Source of the DNA: Cenococcum geophilum
Lineage: Eukaryota
DNA length: 64,000 nucleotides
Assembly (NCBI GenBank): GCA_050273025.1
Contig: CP158635.1
Coordinates: forward strand, 28,086,001 to 28,150,000
Reading direction: 5' to 3'
Shown here: positions 1 through 12,695 of the stretch, one piece after another
Position numbering within the stretch: position 1 is the first letter of the stretch
Layout: each line of letters starts with the position of its first letter
Notes under the pieces: model-generated
The model's database searches: none
Told to the model about the DNA's origin: nothing
What the model saw: only the letters and a program-made list of their open reading frames with translations
Translations under genes and position numbers: made by a program

Positions 1-947
1 AACTTAATAAGAGGTTTAAGCTTTGTTAAACTTAATATAGAGACACTTTAACTGCTTATATTCACCAATTCCTTATTTATAAATAATAAGGACCTCTTAT
101 TATAAATTGGATATATCCTAGTACTAGCAGACTTATTAAATAAGGCGAATATCGTCTACTAGTCCTTAGTTAAGTGCAAAAGAGTCACTAGAAGCGTACT
201 AGCCTCTAAATTATACGCTATAGCCTATGGTTTTAATATCAGCGCTATAATTAAGGCCATAGTCGAACTATAACTTAATATCAGCCTACCGCTTATCCTT
301 TGCACCAATTCTAAGTTAATTTATAAATACCTTATTAAGCTAGAAACAATATAGGAGAAGAGACTTATAATTAATGTTATATGCCTACGCCAGTTATACA
401 AAAGACGTAAAATAGCTAAAGTTAAGTAGATTAACGGAGATAGTAACCTTGTGGACGCTATGACTAAAAGCAAACCGTTATTAGCCCTTAAGCGACTTAT
501 TAATACAAACCGAATTAAGTTAGAGACGGTAGAATGGGTAAAACGTTCTACTAATAATAGCGTTAATTTAGAGGCATAGGGTAGGGAAGGAAGGGAGGAG
601 AAGTGCGTATATAGATTTCTCGGACTACATAGTTATAGCCTACTAGTTCTTTATATTTTCTAAAATACTCCTAGTATAGCTAGAAGCGTTAGACATATCG
701 CGAGGATAGCTAACGCGCTAGTAGTAAGCGAACTAATAGTATAATGGCAGAATATAGCAGAATATGGCAGGATACGGCTAATACGCTAGTAGTAAGCAAG
801 CTAATAGTAAAGTGGCAGAATATAGCAGAATATAGTAGGACGCGCCTAATATATATGTGTGACGCGCGTTATAAGTAGAAAAATAATAATCTACTAATAA
901 TACCGTATAGTACATATTATTGTAATATATATATTCTGCACGTTATT

Positions 948-1121
948 TGTTAGTGTTACAGGGTAACTTATTAATGCTACTCGAGTAAATACAGTAAATA
1001 TTAGTTGATAAAGCTTGTTGTTTAGAATTAGGGGGTAGGTAAGGAACCTAAGGTTCCTCACCACGCTAGTGCCGCGGCGACACGTGACGACACGTGACGA
1101 CCGCTTACCTCATTCCCGACA
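948..1121 (-). repeat. 3' LTR of A1
   Basis: Direct repeat of 6865-7038 and reverse complement of 7324-7496. Contains a tandem CACGTG pair. Confidence 0.95.
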
Positions 1122-4100
1122 CTAGCAACTCTTCTTTTGTAGTTGCCATCTATATATACTTATAGATTGCTACTATATAAAGATATAAAGCTAAGGAAAA
1201 GAAGAAGAAGAAATAAAGGGGAAGAGGTAGTATAGGTAGATATACGGGTTTATACAAAGATATTAGTTCCGCTTACCGCTCTTAGCTAAGCTAATAGTAA
1301 TTTTCTATCCCGGGGATAGAAAATTCTAATTAGCTAGCTTAATAAATAGCGTTAATAGAACTCTACACCGCCACCCAAATTAATTAGGTGTGGCGCTCTT
1401 AGCAAGAATCTAACTAATTAGATAACTTTAACTGGCGGTTAAAGTTTTATAAAATCTTAACTTCTTTAAATTTCCCTTTTAACCTAACCTTTAACTTATA
1501 TATATAAAGTATTTATGTTAACAAACGTCTCTAGTGCCTTGTTTAGGTTTGCCTTTATTATTATATCTACTAGGTTATCTTAGCTATTAATCTATTAGAT
1601 CTTAAAGAGTTTTTAACGCTTATAGGACTACTAAAGTGCTATAATATTAATTATAAGGCGCTTTTCCTTTATAGTACTAAGCTTAACTAAACACTTATAG
1701 AAGAAATATAAGTCGGTGTACACGATTATAGGGATAATAGGAAGTTTAAGTTAATCTATAATTATTTTAAGGGTAGTTCCAATTGTAATTGCTATATTAA
1801 CTCCACTAACTATTTTATATATCTCTAACGCTAAAACGCTTTAAGTAACGTATTTGCTCTTAGTTAAGCTTTAATAGATAAGATTGCCGTAGATTATAAA
1901 GTTATTCTCTCTAGTAGATTTGTTTGCTATAATAATCTTATATCCTAACTAGGAGCTAAAATCTTTATTATTTACAAACGATCTATTAATAAACATAAAT
2001 AGCTTAGTAGTAGGAAGATTAATAGGTACGTAGAGTAGTCCCCAATTAAGATAGTTTATTTGCCAGGAAAGACGCTTATTTAGGTTAAAAATATTATCCT
2101 TAGTTAGTTTCTAGTATTAGGCGGCAATAGAGAGATTAAAGGAAGCTTTAGGTTAATAGATAGAAGCTATATAAGCTCCGTAAGCGCGTTACTCTACATA
2201 TCCTTGCTTTAGAGAATTAATATTAATAATATTAATCTTCTTGCCTTAACCTTTCTGGCGTAGGGCAATAGAATTCTTATTTAGGGAAATAATACATCTA
2301 TTAAAGAGTAATGGTGTTATTAAATTAAGTCTTTCCTTTAGCTTTGCTATAAAGTTTACCTTTACTAGCTTATCTTCTTTAAGAGCTAAGAATTAGTTGT
2401 CTCCTAAGATAATTATATCGTCTATTTATATGCTAATAATTCTAAATGGAGTTTCCGTGGCTGTAATAAGGAAGCAGGGATTAAATATAGAAGTAGTTAT
2501 TAAAAGCTTCTCTTTATGGTGCTTGCTGTAAGTAGCCCACTAATAAGTTCCTGCCTCTACGATTCTATATAGTGGCTTAAGTATAACTATAATCGTATCT
2601 TCGGGATATTGGTGGCGAATTTACTTTAGAAGGTATGCTAGTATTAAGCGCTAAAGGCGTGTCTCTAATTGGGTATAGGCCTGGGTGATATCTCGCAAAT
2701 AAACTACTATTCTATTCTTTATTAAGGAGGGAGCTAGCGTAATAATAACTCGCTAACTAGCTCGTTAAATTATAGGGGATTGTGTAAGAATTACTTCCTT
2801 ACCGTTATTATTATAACCTTAAATGACTAGCCTTGACTTCTTGAATGGGGTATTAGTAGCTTTGCCTTTAATCTTATTAACTATTCTTAACCTAAATATA
2901 CAAACCCTATTAAACTTAGTAGGGTTATACTTCTTAAACTTAAAGACTCCTCTTATAATAAGACCGTTAATCTCCTACTTATTAGATGCTTGGAAAGGAG
3001 CTCCTAAAGTTATAATATGGCCTTCCTTTTAAAGCTGTTTTACAAGCTTAAAGTTAGCCTTCTCTTTAGCTGTTATAAAGGCCATTAACAGCTTGACTCT
3101 ATTCTTAATAGCGGTAATAAGTTACTCTTTAAAATTAATAAGGTGTTAGCGGTTTTATAATCCCTTTAGGCGACCTCTACCGCGTTATAGTTGCGGCGTA
3201 TCTACTACAGTTATATTAGGGTCGTAGTCGCCTTCTAGGGCATGTTAATTATGGTTCTTCTCTGGGGTATCTCCTGGGGTATCTTTTAGGGTATCCTATA
3301 AAGGCTTGGAACTGTTATCTTTATAGTAAAACTTAATAATAGTTAAACGGAATTAAGTAGGTCTATAGGGCATCTAAAGAGTATAAGTCTAACTATTAAT
3401 TATAATAAGTTTATATAGGCCTAACCATCCTCCCTTTTCACGCTATATGCGTACCTTAGATTGGAGTAGTAGATTAAGTGTAGTTAAGGTATTTAGGCCA
3501 TTTCTTATTCCTAGTGCGTTGTTAACCTAGCGCGTAGTATAGAGACGTCGCACCTCCTTTATTGCCTTATAAATCGCCTTAGCTTATTGCACAATAGAGG
3601 GAGATAGTGGAGAATTATTAGTTATTTAAGGGTAGGCGCTAAAGACTAGTAACGTAGGTATAAGCCTATCTAGGCTAGCGGTATCGTTAATAGCCTTAAC
3701 AGCCATCTATAGGATAAGCTCTTCGCTAGCACCCTTTAGTTTTAAAGAAATAATCTTATATGCGCGGCGTAATGGCGTATGGTATTATTTTACCTTTCCA
3801 ACACTATTATATGCCTTAATGGGGACTTCCTTAACCTTAATTGTTATTACCTTTGCCTGTTATTAAAACTCCGTAGATAAGAAGTTCTTTCCTATATTAT
3901 AAACGATTTAATTAGGGGGTCCTAGGTAGACATTAATCCAGTATAATTAAAGAGTATCCTATACGTTCCTAGCTAATATATCTTTTAAAAAGCGTGCGGC
4001 TTAGAAGGAGGTTAAGAAGTTAATAACTTGGAGTACTAGCTTACCGCTAAGATATATAACATCTATAATGATATAGAAGTTAAAGTTATAGTCGTCTTTA

Positions 4101-6864
4101 AGGGTAAACTTAAATCGGCTAGGGGACTTTTGGTTCATTTGGCAGTAATAATAGTACTTTATAAGATGTTTAATTGCCTTAACCTTAACTTTATAACCTA
4201 CTTATTAAAGAACCCTAAGCAGTTAGTAAACGGATAGGTGGCTAAAATGACGATGTAGTTAACGTAGCTCTGACTTAGTTAAGTGACTTTAAGCAACGCT
4301 CCTTTCTAGCTATTAAAGGAGCAACTAAGGGTAACCCTACTTGCATACAACAGGCACCCAATTATCTCCCTAAATAAGTATATTCTTAAGGTTGTTAAGC
4401 TTAACGCCTAATTTATTTATATTTTAGATGCAAAATAGGAACAGGGTATTTGCGGGAATAATATAGAAAGTAATATATCCTAATGGGGTTTGGACCTTAA
4501 TTATGCTAAGAGAGATTATAGTACCCTTACTAAAGCGAATTATATATTAGCCTGCCGTTAATTAGTTAATCTAAACAGAACTATTAAGCTACTAAAGAGC
4601 TTAGACTTAAGGTTCTCCTGCTATAGATACTCCTACAGCTCTAGTATCTAGTATAATACTATAAAAGACATTCGCCGAGTATCTGTTGTTAAAGGAGAAC
4701 GCGGAACTTTCCTTTAGCTTATTAAAGATATCTAACCTTATAACAAAATAGAGCGTAGATTGGTTATTAAGGATAGTAACGGTTTATACGCCATTTACCT
4801 TACTATACTTAGTGAAGTATTAGTTGGGAGAGTAGTTCTTAATTTCCATATTTATAAGGAGCTGTTTAGCCTTATTAATTTTACCCTTAAGATCTTCTTC
4901 GCCTTTATATTAAACCAGGAAGCTTTAGAAGTAGGCTATAGTAACTTCTTAGTTTCTAATATTTTATACACTCTAGTAAAACTTATTGTATGCCTCCTTT
5001 TGTCTATTAAGGGGGTATCTAGTTAACTAGCAATTTGGCTTCTCATAAACGTAGTATTTCTTCTGCCAATTATTACAAAATGAACCTCCATAAGGACCTC
5101 TACGATTGCTTTATAGTTAATATTAATTATACCCTCTACTATATCCCCTACCACGACTACCATATATTTAATTAGTCCAGTTATAATTATATTGGTTAGC
5201 TGGGTTAATTAAAGTAGGTTAGAGTTAGGCGTTAAATTACTATACTTCTTAAGAGCGTAGGGCGGTGCTAATAGAGGATCTTAATTAAGTATATACTTCT
5301 TTATAAGTACTTATAGGGTTAAAGAGAGTAAGGTTATATTTTTTAATACCTTAGTATACGCTAATGACTTAATCATATAGGCTGAAGTCCTCTTAATATG
5401 ATTTGGATAAACCACGCTAAATTATCTAGAGTTAATTAAAGAGCTTTTAAAGATAATTAAGTCAAGAGGCACCTAGGTTTATAGCAATAATTCTTAGAAA
5501 GGTAGTCTTTCTCTACTCTAATATATACTGCTGCTTATTCTCCTCTGTTTTAAAATAGCATTTTATTTTATATATTATTCGGTTAAAATTATATCCTTTT
5601 CCTACTAAACGATTATAATAGAAGGTACTAGCTTGGCCCTTAAGCATGACTAAATAAGTAATATAGTATTAATTGGGTTCTAGTCTAACCTTCTAACAAC
5701 AGTTATAGAAGATACATAACTTTGAATTAAGGATATTATATAATTCTCTACTAAACTTCTTCTCCTATTCTAAATAGAGCTTTATAAGCTCTATAAGCAT
5801 TTTTAAGGTGCCTCTAATTGGTGTTTAGCTATATTATATTATAGGCTGCGATAGTAATATAGATCTAGTTAGTGGAGTTTAAAGGTTATTAAATTATAAA
5901 GTAAGGGGATCTTGCGCTTGTTAGGGGTTGTTAATTAAGGCTATAGGTTAAGCTAGTTAATACAGGGGAGTTAAAAATAGAGGTGGAGGCAATGGATATA
6001 AAATATTAGAACTTATGCCTGGAGCAATAGAGTTAAAACGCGTCTCTAGTAGTATATTACTTAGATTCCATTATAATTTAAGCTTCTTTATAGTATATAG
6101 TTGGTGCTTAATCTCTTATAGAGTCTATTTATGCTCTTCCTTTATATTAATAACGTGTTCCTAAATATTATCCCTAATACTACCCCTATCTATAGGGATA
6201 AATACTCTATACTCCCAAAGGAAGTTACGGAAGTCCTGTATAATATCTTTATTTATAGGAACCTATATTTCCTTTATCTATCTAATAAAGTCCTCCTTTA
6301 TATAATACTATAGCGCGGTATTATTATATTCGCTGTCTTTATAGTGTTCCATACGGTATACTAAGAATCTATTTAGGTTCTATTACTTAGTGGTTATAAA
6401 GTTAGTTACGGCTCTGTCCTATATCTCCGGGTTAATATCTTTCTCGTACTTCTTTAGATAGGTTAACGCCATAGTAGGTAGAATTAACAAGGTGTTATAC
6501 GTTAAAGGTAGGCAGGATTTTCGGTTTTATAGGATCTCGTAGGTTTGCTGTCCAAAGGTAGGCAATTTAAGATGTTGTTTGACGCGTTTTGGACGTTAAC
6601 TTAGGACCTTAGGTTTAGTAATACTTCTAACCTAAAGTACTTAACCAAATCTTCGTAAACGTGATTGTTCTACGTGATGGACGCAACTTGGTATCTCCTA
6701 GTACTTAGTGACACTTCTATTACTAGTTTTCTGTAAGTTTAAGGTAGTATAGTATCGCCGGGATCTATTCTATATAAGCGTATATAGCACCCCTATACGA
6801 GATTATCTCTTCTATTAATAACCTAGCTGCTCTATAGTTAACTGTATATTTAACTACTAATTAG

Positions 6865-7038
6865 TGTTAGTATTATAGGGTAACTCACTAATGCTACTCA
6901 AGTAGATATAGTAAATATTGGTTAATAAAGCTTGTTGTTTAGAATTAGGGGGTAGGTAAGGAACCTAAGGTTCCTTACCACGCTAGTGCCGCGGCGACAC
7001 GTGACGACACGTGACGACCGCTTGCCTTATTCCCGACA
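6865..7038 (-). repeat. 5' LTR of A1
   Basis: Pairs with 948-1121 and is followed by TSD TTATT. Confidence 0.95.
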
Positions 7039-7323
7039 TTATTAAAGCATACTAATAATTAGGCCTAAGGTGGCTAATTGACATAGAGTATTACTATGGC
7101 TTTTTGGGTTTAATATAATATTATATTTTAATTTTAAATAACTAATAATATAATTTGTACCATTAATTATAATATAACTAGTTTTTAAATTAAATAATAA
7201 AGTAAAAGAAAAAGCTTTATTTTATTGCTAATGGGTAAAATATAAAATATATTATATTTTTTTATAATAATAAAAATTAATATTTAGTAGATAAAATGCA
7301 TATATAAGACATAATAGGGAATT

Positions 7324-7496
7324 TGTCGGGAATGAGGCAAGCGGTCGTCACGTGTCGTCACGTGTCGCCGCGGCACTAGCGTGGTGAGGAACCTTAGGTT
7401 CCTTACCCACCCCTTAATTCTTAACAATAAGCTTTATAACCAACATTTACTATATCTACTTAAGTAATATTAGTAAGTTACCCTATAATATTAATA
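7324..7496 (+). repeat. 5' LTR of A2
   Basis: tgtcgggaatg...ccctataatattaata, the RIP form of ...ccctgtgacaccaaca at 16421-16436. Confidence 0.95.
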
Positions 7497-10126
7497 CTGA
7501 TTAGTGGTTAAATATATAGTTAACTATAGAACAGTAAGGTTTTTAATAGAAGAGATAGTCTTATATAGGGGTGCTATATACGCTTATATAAAATAGATCC
7601 CGGCAATACTATACTACCTTAGACTTGCGGAAAACTGGTAATAGAAGTGTTACTAAGTACTAGGAGATACTAAGTTGCGTCTATTATATAGAACAACCAC
7701 GTTTACAAAGATTTAGTTAAGTACTTTAGGTTAGAAGTGTTACTAAACCTAAGGTCCTAAGTTAACGTCCGAAACGCGTTAAAAATAACACTTTTAATAC
7801 TCTGCTATATTCCTAGCGGCCCTGCCATATTAAAATCACGTTAATAACGCGCTCTCTAGCCCTTATACTCCTCTGTTAGCATCTAAGGCAGTATTAGCGC
7901 GCCCTTACCTTATAATAATTTTAGCTTTGCCAGACTATTAAAGTTCTACTAGTACGCTATCCCTATATTCTTAACACTCTCTACATATTAAATAACTGTT
8001 ATTATGGCGTTGACCTATCTAAAGAAGTATAAGAAAGATATTAACCTGGAGATATAGGATAGACCTATAACCGACTTTATAACTGCTAAGTAAAAGGAGC
8101 TAAATAGATTCTTATTATACTATATGGCACACTATAAAGATAGCGAATACGATAACACTATGCTATAGTATTATATAAAGGAGGATTTTGTTAAATAGAT
8201 AAAGGAAATATAGGTTCCTATATATAAGGATCTTATATAGGACTTCCGTAACTTCCTTTAGGAGTATAGAGTATTTGTCCCTATAGATGGGGGAGGTATT
8301 AGAGATAATATTTAGGAGCATGTTATTAAAGTAAAAGAAGAATATAAATAGACTCTATAAGAGATTAAGCACTAACTACGCACTATAAAGAAGCTTAACT
8401 TATAATAGAATCTAAGCAATACGCTACTAGAGACGTGCTCTAGTTCTATTGCTCTAGAACCCCCTACTTCGCGACTTAATAACCTTTAAACTCTCCTACA
8501 GTAAGATTAAGTACCATACTCTATTCTATTGAGCTCTACGTCCCTACTGCAGCCTATAATGTAATCCCTACCTCCTTAATCTCTAATGCAATCTTAACTT
8601 AACCTAGCGCCACTTAGAGGTATCTTAAAGTTGCTTATAGATCTTACGAAGCTCTATTTAGACCAGGAAAAGAAGTTTAGTAGGGAGCTATATAATATCC
8701 TTAATTTAAAGCTACGTATCTTCTACGATTATTACTAGAAGGTAGGACTAGAACCTGACTAATATTACAACGCCTATTCTATCATGCTTAAAGGCCGCGC
8801 CAGCACCTTCTACTATGATCGTTTAGTAGGAAAAGGGTATAATTTTAACCGTATAATATATGAGTTAAGATACCACTTTAAAATAGAAGAGAATAAGTAA
8901 TAGTATATATTGGAATAAAGAAAGACTACCTTTTTAAGGATTATTGCTATAAACCTAGGTATTTCTCGGCTCGATTGTCTTTAAAAGCTCTTTAATTGAC
9001 TTTAGATAATTTAGCGTAGTTTATCCAAATCATATTAAGAGGACTTTAGCCTATGCAATTAAGTTATTAGCGTATGCTAAGGGGTTAAAGAATATAACCT
9101 TGCTCTCTTTAATCCTGTAAATACTTACGAAGGAGTGTATGCTTAATTAAGATCCTCTATTAGCACCGCTCTATATTCTTAAGAAGTGTAGTAATTTAAT
9201 GCCTAACCCTAACCTATTTTAATTGACCTAGATAATTAATATAACTATAACTAGACTAATTGAATATATCGTGGTAGGGGATACGGTAAAGGGTATAATT
9301 AATGCTGACTATAAGGTAATCATAGAGGTCCTTATGGAGGTTTATTTTGAAGTAATCGCTAAAAGAAGTATTACGTTTATAAGAAGCCAAATTACTAGTT
9401 AACTAGGCACCCTCTTAATAGACGAAAAGAGGTATATAATAAGTTTTGCTAGAGTGCAAGAAACGTTAGAAACTATAAGGTTACTACGGCTTACTTCTAA
9501 AGCTTCCTAGTTTAATATAAAGGTGTAGAAGATCTTAAGGGTAAGGTTAATAAGGCTAAACAACTCCTTATAGATATGGAAATTAAGGATTACCCTTCCA
9601 ACCAATACTTTACCAAGTTTAGTAAGGTAGATAGTATATAAACTGTTAGTATTCTTAACGACTAATCTACGCTTTATTCTGTTATAAAGTTAGATATCTT
9701 TAATAAGCTAAGGGAGAGTTCCGCGTTCTTATTTAACGACAGATACTTAGCGAACGTCTTCTATAGTATTATACCAGATACTAGAGCCGCAGGAGTATCT
9801 ATAGTAGGAGAACCATAAGTATAAGCTCTTTAGCAGCTTAATAGCTCTATTTAGATTAACTAATTAACGGCAGGCCAATATATAATTCGCTTTAGTAAGG
9901 GTACTATGATCTCTCTTAGCATAATTAAGGTCTAAACCCCGTTAGGATATTGTCGGTATTACCTAGGGGGGTACTACAATTGCAATATAAGGTAATAGGT
10001 TCTTTGATTCATTTGTGTCTTTCGCAGAGGATTGTAAGGATCGCGGTGCCTAAATAGGGGGCTGATGAGTTACTGTAAGGATGACTAATTAGAGATATGA
10101 CCACGTAACCTCTACTCGTATAGATA

Positions 10127-12262
10127 CTAGTGACATTTATAAAAAGGAAAGAAGGTAAGAAGGTATAAAGGAGAAGTATATAGGTCAACAGGTGCTCAGG
10201 GCAGTAATCGCGAATGTCTCGGGTATTGCGAATATTACGGATATTGCAGACGTTGCGGATATTGTTACGGGTATTGCGGATATCGCTACGGATATTGCGA
10301 ATATTACGGATATCGTGAACATTCGGATATTGCGGTAGAGACAGGTAGGCGCGTACAAGGTGTTACTGAGGTGTCCTATAATAGAGCGTAGTTAAAGTTA
10401 GAACCGAAGGTGTGGCGGCTTTAGAAGGTATAAAAGTTGTCACAGACTATAGGGGAAGTAGGTAGAAGGGCTAAGTCCTATCCGTTGTCGTCAAAATAAC
10501 AGTTAAGGAAGTCGATATCAACGGTAAGGTCGGGAGGGTTATTGTCGTAGAGGTAGGTAGCGCTCTTGCCCTTATCGTTGCTACTCTTATTATCAATATC
10601 ACCGCGCCTTACTGTACTAGGTTCCGTACTACTAGGGTCTATACCACTAGGCTCTATGCTACCCGTAAGGCTATAGGTAAAGGCATCATTGTTTATAGAC
10701 GTGACTATATTCTTAGCCGTTTTGATTAGTATTGGTCCGTTTAAGGTTATAAAGTGCTTAATACCATAGTCGTCATAAAAGAAGTTACCGCTAGTAGGAA
10801 CTGCAGTTAGGGTTAATGTATTAAATGCCATAGCCGTTATATCCTTATTAAAGTCGTTATTAATATTATTGTCCGCGAGGTACTGGTGGACACGTCTTTT
10901 AAATTTTTCTCTTGCTTTATTACGTTCTTCTTTAGTGTACCTAGTTAACTAATAGTCTCCTTTCTTATATATGAAGCACGTCCTAGCATTATTGCTATAA
11001 CGATTATTTAATGAACTTAGTCGAGACGTTAGTCGGTGGTAGCGACGGTTAGTAAAGAATATATTTGTAGGCTGTTCTGTAGGCTATAAGAACATATTAG
11101 CGGGTTGTCCTATAGTACCATTAATCTTCTCATAAGTAACAATTAACGATCGTAGGCTGTTTATAAGGCCAGTAAGTGTAGTAGGCGGGTTGGAGTAAGC
11201 TGCCTAGTAAGCAGTGACGTCTTAACAAGCGATAATAAGCTTATTATGTAGGAAGTCATCGTTACGGAGGTTAGCGTTAAGACCATACTATAAATGACGG
11301 AGGTCGTTAAGCAGTAGCTGTAGGCAGTCCCCTGTAGACTTGCCTTCATTTTTTATTATTACGGTCTTTAAGGTTATAGCGTTCCATTTTACCAAGATTC
11401 CACGCTTATATTCTAGTCCTTTAAAGTGGTTGCGTACGGTATTATAGATGCTATTAAAGGTGGTATAGGTTGCCTTATTCTTATAGTAAAAGTTAAGAGT
11501 AATACCCTATAGCATTGTCGGAAAGCCTTTAATCTTTGCCTCTTATGGTATATTAACCCTATTATAAAGGTTATTGAAAATCGTAAGCTTGCGGTTAAAG
11601 TTATTATCCTCTCCGCTATACTTGCTTTCCTCCGTATATATCTTTACTAAGGTTACTAAGTCTCTGCCATAGGTAGTAGCTTTAGCTTCTATAGAAGGAG
11701 CTGTGATGTTTATAGGGGGAGCCGTGACGTTCGTAGAGGGGGCCGTGACGTCTATAGGGGGAGCCGTGACGTTTGTAGGTGAGGGAGGCTTAGCCGTAGG
11801 GAGGTCATTCAAGACAGCTGGGGTCGGGGTAGGTGCCGTTAAGGGAGTTAATAAACGTGATTTAAGACGGCGGTTAATAATATACAAATTAAAGCGTCCT
11901 TTATTGTTAATATATAGCTTAATTTCTGCATCTAACCATTCCGTAGGGTTATCTTTATAGGCGACATTATATAGTATTTGTAGTACTAACTTACTCTTCT
12001 TATTAAAGACCTATACTCCGTTGCGTCGGAGTAGTTATTTAAGTCCCATAAGTGCAGGCCTATTAGCGTCTTTAAATGTCTATACCTTAAAATTATTAAA
12101 GTCCTCTTAGTATAATTCCTATAGGCTTTTGTCTTTAAAGTTATATTTAGTGTACTTATTGATTTTAAAGTTAATATAGTTGGTAATGTCTTCTACGGTA
12201 GTCTCATTGGTTAAGATAATTCTATTACTCCAGTTTAGACGTTAGGTTCCTATATTAGACAT
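10127..12262 (-). pseudogene. RIP-disrupted Gag-like ORF of element C (~711 codons) with zinc-knuckle remnant and C-terminal PQY repeats
   Basis: The ATG at 12262, track ORFs 11543-11887 (YGRDLVTLVKIYTEESKYSGE, homologous to gag of B and D) and 10478-10831, and the TAG at 10127-10129 all lie in one frame. The internal stops I checked are TAA/TAG at likely CAA/CAG/TGG positions. Confidence 0.75.
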
Positions 12263-12319
12263 AATTAACTAGCGTAAATCGTGGTGTAGGTCGTAGTCTT
12301 ACATATTAAGCAGTTAATA

Positions 12320-12695
12320 GGTATTAGGGGGTACTGGCGCTTAGTAAAGAGGTTATACTAGGTATTAATTTTATATAGTAGACGCGAACCGAACGAAGCC
12401 TTAGTAGGAGTCGGTTCTTAAGTTCCTAGGGCCTTAGTAGGAAGGGTTCTCCTTAGTAAACGCGATAAGATTAACGGGCCTTAATAGGAGCGATCACGTG
12501 GTGTCTTTCTTGGGTATTGGGGGTACTGGCACTTAGTGAAGAGATTATACAGGGTTAATTTGCGTAATGGACGCGAACCAAATAAAGCCTTAAAGAAGTC
12601 GGTTCTTTAAGTTCCTAGGGCCTATATAGGAAGAGTTCTCCTTAGTAAACACAACGTGGTTGACGGGCCTTGGTAGGAGTGATTGCGTGGTGCCT
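12320..12695 (-). repeat. Tandem ~187-bp duplication in the 5' leader of element C
   Basis: ggtatt(a/g)ggggtactggc...gttcctagggcc...acgggcctt occurs at ~12320-12505 and again at ~12512-12695. Confidence 0.85.

Larger units (their letters stand above)
948..7038 (-). mobile_element. Full-length Ty1/Copia (GalEa-like) retrotransposon, family A copy 1 (RIP-inactivated)
   Basis: 174-bp LTRs at 948-1121 and 6865-7038 (TG...CA). TSD TTATT on both sides (943-947, 7039-7043). gag ATG at 6472 on the minus strand, followed by PR-INT-RT-RH down to ~1470. The CTAATTAGT (CTGATCAGT-like) site abuts the 5' LTR. Confidence 0.95.
1..7057 (+). mobile_element. 3' end of a Copia (GalEa-like) element '0': RNase H tail (1-~560) and 3' LTR (~675-947 + 7044-7057) split by element A1
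   Basis: Bases 1-550 are collinear with the RT/RH end of element D (~46250-46800). The LTR starts after ...ctcctag| like the other GalEa-like elements. Rejoining across the TTATT TSD gives ...ctgcacgttattaaagcatactaata, which resembles the end of the D LTR (...gtgcacgttgataaag...ataccgaca). Confidence 0.75.

Noticed and set aside
10062..10100. Possible hammerhead ribozyme in the C LTR (CTGATGAG-stem-GAC)
   Set aside because: The required GAAA after stem II is absent in both LTR copies (gactaatt / aactaatc), and the difference needs transversions that RIP cannot explain. It is better read as an inverted TGASTCA-like pair.
10205..10335. CRISPR-like array or homology with the GATATT repeat at 45110-45235 in D
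   Set aside because: The context is eukaryotic and there are no unique spacers. The D repeat is on the element's sense strand and encodes (A/T)DI units, whereas the C repeat encodes PQY on the opposite strand, so the similarity is probably coincidental.
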